Below, piece by piece: positions 31,093 to 36,048 of a stretch of 36,048 nucleotides of DNA (within the stretch, counting starts at the first letter, position 1; the number at the start of each line of letters is the position of its first letter). Source of the stretch: a virus. The notes beneath the pieces were generated by a model. The model saw only the letters and a list, made by a program, of their open reading frames with translations, was not told where the DNA came from and did no database searches. Position numbers and translations under genes: made by a program. The DNA lies in IMG/VR virus record IMGVR_UViG_3300045988_030305. One strand, given 5' to 3'.

Positions 31093-31449
31093 TTACAGTT
31101 CCCGGAGACGCCGCATGACCGCGCTATAGGTGCGGGGCTGCATCACCTGCAGGCTTTCCATGAGTTCATCCATGATTTTCCACGCCGCGCCCGCATCTTT
31201 CCCGCTCACCGCCATTAAAAAATCGCTGTCCGCGGCATCTACGACTACAGTGTTCTGCTGTATGTGCATCTCAGTCGGGGCAGCTGCCCTTGAATAGAGC
31301 CGCTCATATCGCGGCTCTATTCTTTCGTCGGATTTCTTCATTTCGGCGCGGATCACATACAGGTTGGCGAGCTTGGCATAGTTCGGATAGCTTGACTCTT
31401 CATACTCGAGGCGGGCTATCTCTTTATTGATCTCCTGCGTGTCGAGCAT
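31093..31449 (-). CDS. Accessory-cluster protein, hypothetical (118 aa)
   Basis: GGGAGGGAG SD. The product is MLDTQEINKEIARLEYEESSYPNYAKLANLY...WKIMDELMESLQVMQPRTYSAVMRRL. Confidence 0.6.
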   Translation of the reverse strand: MLDTQEINKEIARLEYEESSYPNYAKLANLYVIRAEMKKSDERIEPRYERLYSRAAAPTEMHIQQNTVVVDAADSDFLMAVSGKDAGAAWKIMDELMESLQVMQPRTYSAVMRRLREL

Positions 31450-31464
31450 AAGAACTCCCTCCCG

Positions 31465-31845
31465 TCAGCTGTCGAGCTCGTTCATGCAGCGGCGGATAGC
31501 CTCGCGAGTGCGATCGTCGTCAGCGTCCCGCATCATGTCCTCCATCTGTGAACGCATGCGCTCGCGGGCGTCGGTGCGGCTGTAGTGGCCGCGTACATAG
31601 TGCTGTCCGCGGTGGGCGTAGCTGCTGCCGCGCCCGTAGCGTCCGCGCATATCCGCCTCCCATTCACCCGCGCGACTATAACCGCCGTCTTCTTCGTACA
31701 TCTCTATCTTGTAGATGTTTTTCACGGTGTCGGTCAGCTTATGGACGATGTCAAGATCGCCCGCTCCAAGTTCGGGCTTCTTTGCGATCTCGTCAAGCTC
31801 TCGGCAGAGCTTCTCGCAAATGTCTTCAAGTGCTCTTGTGCTCAT
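31465..31845 (-). CDS. Accessory-cluster protein, hypothetical (126 aa; helical ends, Arg/Gly/Tyr-rich centre)
   Basis: GAAAGGAG SD. The centre contains ...GEWEADMRGRYGRGSSYAHRGQHYVRGHYSR... Confidence 0.6.
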   Translation of the reverse strand: MSTRALEDICEKLCRELDEIAKKPELGAGDLDIVHKLTDTVKNIYKIEMYEEDGGYSRAGEWEADMRGRYGRGSSYAHRGQHYVRGHYSRTDARERMRSQMEDMMRDADDDRTREAIRRCMNELDS

Positions 31846-31857
31846 GGTTTACTCCTT

Positions 31858-32280
31858 TCATGCGACACGCTCAACTATGAGGTTGGCGTTCGCGAAATTG
31901 ATAGCCTGCCCGCTGGTGTTCTCCACCGCTACGGTGAGGCAGCAGCCGCGCGGGACGTCGATGTTTGCGGCGACGTATATATTGCCGTACTGATCGACTG
32001 CAGCAGGCGTGACAATGCCTGTGGCGCTGTTCAGAGGTTCGCCGTTGACGGCTATCGCCGCCGAGATCGCGCCGACGGTGCCGCCGGTCGGCAGGGCGAT
32101 ATTAGCCCCGAACGAAACCTTGAACCGCGCGCGGCACTGGTTCGTCAGGCCGCGGAGCGTTACGATGCCCGCTCCCTCGCGATGGACGATGCAGGGGTTA
32201 CCGGATACCGTCTCCTCGGTAAACGGGACATTCTGCCCCGCTGCGACGGTCGTAGTGTTTGCATTTGTGTATTCAGCCAT
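31858..32280 (-). CDS. Accessory-cluster protein with beta-rich, BclA-C-terminal/C1q-like character (140 aa from the ATG at 32280)
   Basis: The product runs MAEYTNANTTTVAAGQNVPF...FKVSFGANIALPTGGTVGAISAAIAVNGEPL...VPRGCCLTVAVENTS...ANANLIVERVA. The start is ambiguous (track GTG at 32307). Confidence 0.5.
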   Translation of the reverse strand: MAEYTNANTTTVAAGQNVPFTEETVSGNPCIVHREGAGIVTLRGLTNQCRARFKVSFGANIALPTGGTVGAISAAIAVNGEPLNSATGIVTPAAVDQYGNIYVAANIDVPRGCCLTVAVENTSGQAINFANANLIVERVA

Positions 32281-32298
32281 TTTTCTATTCATCCTTTC

Positions 32299-32330
32299 AA
32301 AAAGCACGGCGAGGCATTAAGCCCCGCCGT
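32299..32330 (-). terminator. Rho-independent terminator inside the accessory cluster
   Basis: The minus-strand RNA reads ACGGCGGGGC-UUAAU-GCCUCGCCGU followed by GCUUUUUG. Confidence 0.7.
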
Positions 32331-32398
32331 TTGTGTTGATATCAGCTCATGGGGCTGAACATGTCGATTATTCCGACAAGTTGAGCGCTATGCTGTTG

Positions 32399-33118
32399 TC
32401 AGCCAACACCGCAGCAGCTACCGTAGGCAGCTGACGCCCACGGGTTGCAAGTGATGTACGCCGGAGCAGGAGCCGGACGGAGCGTCGAAACAAGGTAGTT
32501 GTTCTGCGCAGCCTGAGATGCGGCCAGCTTCAGGCTGGCGTTCTCGGCTTCCAGATCCCTCATCTTGCTGCTCTGGAGATAGTCCAGGATAGCTCTGCTG
32601 TTGGCGTTCTGGTTGTCGATGATGTCGCGGGTAGCGTTCTGCACGGTGTTGCGCGTGTCGCAGGCCTGAGTAGCCATGTCGTAGCGCACCTGCGCTATCG
32701 CCTCGCGATTCTGGCAGCAGCAATCAGAGATCGACTGCTGCAGCGCGAAGAACTGCTGCATGAACGTCATCTGAGCGTTGCATCTCGCTACCTCCGCCGC
32801 TGAGAATCCAGCGTTGACCGCCTGGGTGACCCCGGCAAAGCCGTTGAGCATCCCGGTGTTCATCGCGTAGAAGCCATCACAGATGCCGTTATTGACACTG
32901 TCGAGCTTGCGCTCGACGTTCGCAAAGTCGGACGTGAGGACGTAGCCGTCCATCACACCTCCATTATTGCCGCCCCAGCCGTTACCGCCCCAGCCGAACG
33001 CAGCGAGGAAAAACAGGATGACGATCCAGAACAGACCGCCGCCCCAGCCGAAGCCGTCGCCGTTCGAGTTGGCAGGAGTCACCGGCATGGTAAAGGGAAC
33101 GTTATCGGAAAGACTCAT
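32399..33118 (-). CDS. Accessory-cluster membrane protein (239 aa): Gly/Trp-rich N-terminus with one TM, Gln/Asn-rich helical body with a CCC motif, Cys-rich C-terminus
   Basis: AAAGGAGAA SD. The product contains GFGWGGGLFWIVILFFLAAFGWGGNGWGGNNGG...QQSISDCCCQNREAIAQVRYDMATQAC...ITCNPWASAAYGSCCGVG. Confidence 0.65.
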   Translation of the reverse strand: MSLSDNVPFTMPVTPANSNGDGFGWGGGLFWIVILFFLAAFGWGGNGWGGNNGGVMDGYVLTSDFANVERKLDSVNNGICDGFYAMNTGMLNGFAGVTQAVNAGFSAAEVARCNAQMTFMQQFFALQQSISDCCCQNREAIAQVRYDMATQACDTRNTVQNATRDIIDNQNANSRAILDYLQSSKMRDLEAENASLKLAASQAAQNNYLVSTLRPAPAPAYITCNPWASAAYGSCCGVG

Positions 33119-33157
33119 TTTGTGTTTTCTCCTTTCGGAATTTTTTAATTTATCTTA

Positions 33158-33171
33158 ATCGTGGCCACGAT
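33158..33171. promoter_or_regulatory. Perfect 14-bp palindrome ATCGTGGCCACGAT upstream of 32399..33118
   Basis: Read directly. It lies in the 58-nt gap between two accessory genes. Confidence 0.5.
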
Positions 33172-33176
33172 ATAGA

Positions 33177-33410
33177 TTACTTGAGGAACTGCATGAACTG
33201 CTGCGCGAGTCCCTGCACCTGATTGAGCTGCTGCTGGGATATTCTCCCGCTCTGCAAGAGTTTCTCCACTTCCTGCCTTGGGTCTCCCTGAAAGGTCGTG
33301 CGGAATCGCTGAAACTTCTGCATCATGTTCTGGAACTGTCCGGCCATGCCGGGCATCCGCGGCGCAGCCTGCTGTGCGCCGCCGAGTGCCTGAAAAATTG
33401 AATTACTCAT
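33177..33410 (-). CDS. Accessory-cluster Gln-rich small protein (77 aa from the ATG at 33410)
   Basis: The product is MSNSIFQALGG...QNMMQKFQRFRTTFQGDPRQEVEKLLQSGRISQQQLNQVQGLAQQFMQFLK. There is an AATGAGTAA overlap with the upstream stop. Confidence 0.55.
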   Translation of the reverse strand: MSNSIFQALGGAQQAAPRMPGMAGQFQNMMQKFQRFRTTFQGDPRQEVEKLLQSGRISQQQLNQVQGLAQQFMQFLK

Positions 33411-33876
33411 TTGCCGTAGCCTCCTCACTCTGCGTCTTGCGCTGTTTCTTGGCCGTCAGCGCCGCCACCTGCGCCGCCAGCGCATCAAACTCCGCACGGG
33501 GTACGTATTCAACGTTCTGCGGCTGCGACGCCGCTACGGGCGCCTGTGACGGCTGTGTGCGCTCCGTGTAATCAAAGATGCGCAGCGGCAGCGGCATCCC
33601 GCTCTGATCTGCGCTCTTAATGCAGAAAGTCGGATTTTCGCTGTCGAACAGCAAAACGCTATTTCCGGCAGCAACCAGGAACGCTTTCATCCCTGCCTCG
33701 CCCTGTACCCAGTTCACGCCGCCCTGCTGTGTGGCTGCGGGCGTGGGTGCCGGCTGCTGGGGCTGCGGAGCGTACTGCTGGGCGCGCATCTGCGCGAGGT
33801 TATCCATCATCGGTGGATTGTAAGCCGGGTAAAACTGCTGTGGCTGATATGCTGGGAACTGTGGAGAATAATTCAT
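33403..33876 (-). CDS. Accessory-cluster protein with a Gln/Pro/Tyr-rich N-terminus and a small beta domain (157 aa from the ATG at 33876)
   Basis: GGAAGGAG SD and an ATGA overlap with the upstream stop. The product is MNYSPQFPAYQPQQFYPAYNPP...GVNWVQGEAGMKAFLVAAGNSVLLFDSENPTFCIKSADQSGMPLPLRIFDY. Confidence 0.6.
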   Translation of the reverse strand: MNYSPQFPAYQPQQFYPAYNPPMMDNLAQMRAQQYAPQPQQPAPTPAATQQGGVNWVQGEAGMKAFLVAAGNSVLLFDSENPTFCIKSADQSGMPLPLRIFDYTERTQPSQAPVAASQPQNVEYVPRAEFDALAAQVAALTAKKQRKTQSEEATANE

Positions 33877-34253
33877 GATTTCTGCTCCTTCCATACATAC
33901 AACGGGATTTCATCGCCTGAATCCCACGCGTCAAAATAGTTGCCGTCCTGCACCGCTACGACGTGTCCGCTCAGGGCGAGGATATACGTGCCGCGTGGGT
34001 GCTCTTCCGAGAAGAGCTTCACCGTGTAGCACTCCGGGCATTTATCGGGAAGCGCCGTGCGCGTGTAGCCTTTCCTGTGGAGATAAGCGCCCCACACTGC
34101 ATTTGCGCTCGGCATATCCGACAGCTCGAAGCCTGTCACGGCCAGCTCAACAAAGGTCTTGTCCCAGCTTTCCCCCGTGGCCTTGCACAACGCCCTGATC
34201 ACGCAATCACCAACCGAGTGTCCCGCTGGGTTAGGGTTAAAATGTACATACAT
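33873..34253 (-). CDS. Putative papain-like cysteine peptidase-fold protein (126 aa from the ATG at 34253)
   Basis: Cys, His and Asp candidates are in the canonical order: VGDCVIRA ... LSGHVVAVQDGNYFDAWDSGD. The start is ambiguous (GTG 34262, ATG 34259 or ATG 34253). Confidence 0.45.
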   Translation of the reverse strand: MYVHFNPNPAGHSVGDCVIRALCKATGESWDKTFVELAVTGFELSDMPSANAVWGAYLHRKGYTRTALPDKCPECYTVKLFSEEHPRGTYILALSGHVVAVQDGNYFDAWDSGDEIPLYVWKEQKS

Positions 34254-34286
34254 GCGCATCACCTTTTTCTGCTTAAATTCTAAGAT

Positions 34287-34319
34287 AAAAAAGGGCAGGT
34301 AACATGTCCGTTACCTGCC
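34287..34319 (-). terminator. Strong rho-independent terminator after the HTH regulator gene
   Basis: The minus-strand RNA reads GGCAGGUAAC-GGACAU-GUUACCUGCC followed by CUUUUUUAU. Confidence 0.85.
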
Positions 34320-34355
34320 GGGAATCTGTCAGTAATCTGTCTCTGGATATATGAA

Positions 34356-34380
34356 AGAGCGGCGCATAGCGCGCCGCTCT
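34356..34380 (-). terminator. GC-rich hairpin overlapping the regulator stop (weak T-tract)
   Basis: AGAGCGGCGC-(5 nt)-GCGCCGCTCT followed by TTCATATAT on the minus strand. Confidence 0.45.
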
Positions 34381-34624
34381 AAATCGTTTCCGCTATTTTA
34401 TTCTTAATGCTCCGGATGCGCCGGTTTATCGTCTCCACGCTGCAGTTCTGCCTGCTGGCAATCTCCAGCAGTGATAAACCGTCAGCCCTCATATTCAGAA
34501 TCGCTTTCTCTTCGATTGTGAAGCCGCACTCGGCTATGAATTTTTCACGGAGTGCCGTTGGGAATTGCAGTTTTGCCTTCTTGCCGGGGGTCGTCAGATC
34601 GGATAACGCGTCTATCGGTATCAC
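34379..34624 (-). CDS. Small sigma-70 region-4 / LuxR-like HTH protein (81 aa as called; may be the C-terminal part of a longer product)
   Basis: TIEEKAILNMRADGLSLLEIASRQNCSVETINRRIRSIKNKI. The GTG start has no SD. Confidence 0.6.
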   Translation of the reverse strand: MIPIDALSDLTTPGKKAKLQFPTALREKFIAECGFTIEEKAILNMRADGLSLLEIASRQNCSVETINRRIRSIKNKIAETI

Positions 34625-34718
34625 CGCCAGTCAGAGCAGAGAAAAGCAGCTCTGTAAGATTTTCTGATTTTTCATCAATGCCGTTGATCCGGCAAAATTC
34701 TTTGACGGTTGCAGTCAC
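34545..34718 (-). CDS. Upstream overlapping ORF (57 aa) with a good SD; possibly the true N-terminus of the HTH protein
   Basis: GAGAGG lies 7 nt upstream of the GTG at 34718. The product is VTATVKEFCRINGIDEKSENLTELLFSALTGG... and overlaps 34379..34624 by 80 nt in the -1 frame. Confidence 0.4.
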   Translation of the reverse strand: MTATVKEFCRINGIDEKSENLTELLFSALTGGDTDRRVIRSDDPRQEGKTAIPNGTP

Positions 34719-34830
34719 GTCAATACCTCTCTATCGGTTTACAAGGATTTTTCTGTTTGTGCCGGGGGCACGCCCACATCAATGCCCCGCGTAGGTACGC
34801 AGGCCTTCGACTGCACGCGGCATCTGTCGC

Positions 34831-35328
34831 TTATTCGTTCTGAGTTTCGTCAGCCTCGATTATTTCAACGGGCGGCTCGTGATCTGAATCTATCTTGTCT
34901 TTATAATTTCTGAGCCACTTCTTAAGCCATTCCGGGATAGGCGCGCCGAGCTTTCCTGCATTCTCAATGATGCTGCCGAGCTCCGTTATTATGTACCAGA
35001 GCAGCACGACCGGAGTTATAAGCGTCCCGAACGTTATGCCGATATCTATGCCGGCTCCGTTGATAATTACACTAATTGCTATATCGCAGAGCGCCGCCAC
35101 AAGCACGGCGACGATCTCGCCCAGCTTGTGCCACAGTCCCGCTCTCGCTACGGCGGACGACCAGTCCCCGGCGCTCTTCGCGGCCCAGGTTCCCGTAGCA
35201 TAGTCGAGGACTATACAGGCGATCCAGATGATTACTGCCCAGCCGACCCAGCCCCACAATGCTGTGAGGAAGGCTATCGCTGCAACAATCCACGCCTTGA
35301 ACTGTAAGGCTTTGTCAGGTGCATTCAT
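34831..35328 (-). CDS. Holin (phage_holin_4_1 / toxin-secretion-lysis holin type, 165 aa)
   Basis: There are three or four hydrophobic segments. The motifs DYATG...SS.ARAGLWHK and WYIITELGSIIENAGKLGAPIPEWL are typical of this family. GAAGGAGAA SD. Confidence 0.8.
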   Translation of the reverse strand: MNAPDKALQFKAWIVAAIAFLTALWGWVGWAVIIWIACIVLDYATGTWAAKSAGDWSSAVARAGLWHKLGEIVAVLVAALCDIAISVIINGAGIDIGITFGTLITPVVLLWYIITELGSIIENAGKLGAPIPEWLKKWLRNYKDKIDSDHEPPVEIIEADETQNE

Positions 35329-35421
35329 TTTCGTTTCTCCTTCATGTTGTCAAAAATCAGGGTTTTTCGTGCATATAGTTATTTGCCGCGCTGGTTCATT
35401 CAAGAATTTTCGTCATTTCCG

Positions 35422-36048
35422 TCACCTCCCCACTATGCTTTTGTACGTGTCTTTCCCGCAGATACCGTCAGCTTCAAGGCCGTGCTCTGCCTGATAGGCC
35501 ATTAGCATATTGCGCGTCCTGGTTCCAAACTCGCCGTCGATCCACTTAGGATCATAGCCGAGATACTTCAGCGCCGCCTGAAGCATAGCGACGACTACGC
35601 CGGTCTGTCCGTCCTCCAGCATGGGCAGCTCGACGGTGACATAGCGTGTCGGTTTCTTCGCGGCAGGCACCGTGTCCGGTTCTGCTCCGGTGTACCTGAG
35701 TACACAGTCCCACGGATAGTTGTAGTACCCGCGTGTGTATATCTCGCGCCCGGTCTGGTCGCCGGTTCGGCCTCCGGTCGTAGTGCCATATTCGTTGATG
35801 CTTGCCTGCACGAGCTGTCCGCCGCCGATATACAGGGCGGTGTGATGCACGTGGTTTAAGAGCACATCCCCGCGCTCAAGCCCCGCGCCGGTCGAGAGAT
35901 CAACGCTGCCGGTCACGTCCTCAAAGCCGCAGCGCAGCATATCCCCGCGCATATTGCCCGTGTATGTGCAGTTAAGGGGCAGTCCCGCTCTCTTGAAGCA
36001 GTCTATTACAAGGCTGCTGCAATCATAGTCAGGCCCCCAACGGTTTGC
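35422..36048 (-). CDS. Endolysin, C-terminal part: NlpC/P60 His region plus peptidoglycan-binding repeat
   Basis: The track product contains HHTALYIGGGQLVQAS and a PG_binding_1-like segment LQAALKYLGYDPKWIDGEFGTRTRNMLMAYQAEHGLEADGICGKDTY. The full protein is 232 aa once the junction is joined. Confidence 0.85.
   Translation of the reverse strand, partial: ANRWGPDYDCSSLVIDCFKRAGLPLNCTYTGNMRGDMLRCGFEDVTGSVDLSTGAGLERGDVLLNHVHHTALYIGGGQLVQASINEYGTTTGGRTGDQTGREIYTRGYYNYPWDCVLRYTGAEPDTVPAAKKPTRYVTVELPMLEDGQTGVVVAMLQAALKYLGYDPKWIDGEFGTRTRNMLMAYQAEHGLEADGICGKDTYKSIVGR
35930..36048. repeat. Terminal direct repeat copy 2 (circular closure overlap)
   Basis: This segment is identical to 1-119. Confidence 0.95.

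Larger units (their letters stand above)
1..35929. mobile_element. Complete temperate tailed-phage genome (one circular unit)
   Basis: The window contains integrase, attP and repressor together with a full packaging, head, tail and lysis gene set. Positions 1-119 are repeated at 35930-36048, so the unit length is 35929 bp. Confidence 0.9.

Noticed and set aside
30961-31218. 85-aa plus-strand ORF after attP
   Set aside because: It starts inside the terminator loop, runs through the arm repeats and then antisense into 31093..31449. It has no SD.
1-36048. Genome-wide stop-codon reassignment (TGA read as Trp)
   Set aside because: Only one gene has an in-frame TGA. Many intact genes terminate with TGA in translationally coupled ATGA junctions (for example at 486, 1523, 4844, 15110 and 23814), and gene lengths are normal under the standard code.

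Overview
The window is one complete, circularly closed genome of a temperate siphovirus-type phage. The unit is 35,929 bp, and the first 119 nt are repeated exactly at the end. G+C is high and the gene content looks Clostridia-like; host assignment is inference only. Nearly all genes are on the minus strand. In transcription order they are: early and regulatory genes (27286->17565); a ParB-like gene, terS, terL, portal, MuF, gp10-like, scaffold, capsid, connectors, tail, tape measure and tail fibres (17367->486); lysis genes (the endolysin spans the contig junction and is followed by a holin); and an accessory cluster (34718->31093) that ends at attP. The plus strand carries a cI-like repressor, an AT-rich lipoprotein moron, a membrane-anchored XRE protein, and a tyrosine integrase. 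attP follows, with a tRNA 3' fragment, a terminator and five arm-type repeats. The most unusual signals are these. (1) A cytosine-5 methyltransferase locus has two long same-strand reading frames that overlap for 274 codons. The second frame has its own SD and ATG, the canonical motifs are split between the two frames, and the main frame has one in-frame TGA at a position that is often Trp. (2) An uncharacterised accessory cluster lies between the lysis genes and attP, with its own small HTH regulator and terminators. (3) A consensus promoter, two hairpins and a terminator form a small plus-strand RNA unit antisense to the junction after a MuF protein that has an extra PD-(D/E)xK-like C-terminal domain. 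(4) A 24-nt box is repeated just upstream of the two intrinsic terminators that interrupt the long leftward transcription unit. No rRNA, complete tRNA, CRISPR array or reverse transcriptase was found. All family assignments come from motif reading and memory of the families, not from searches.
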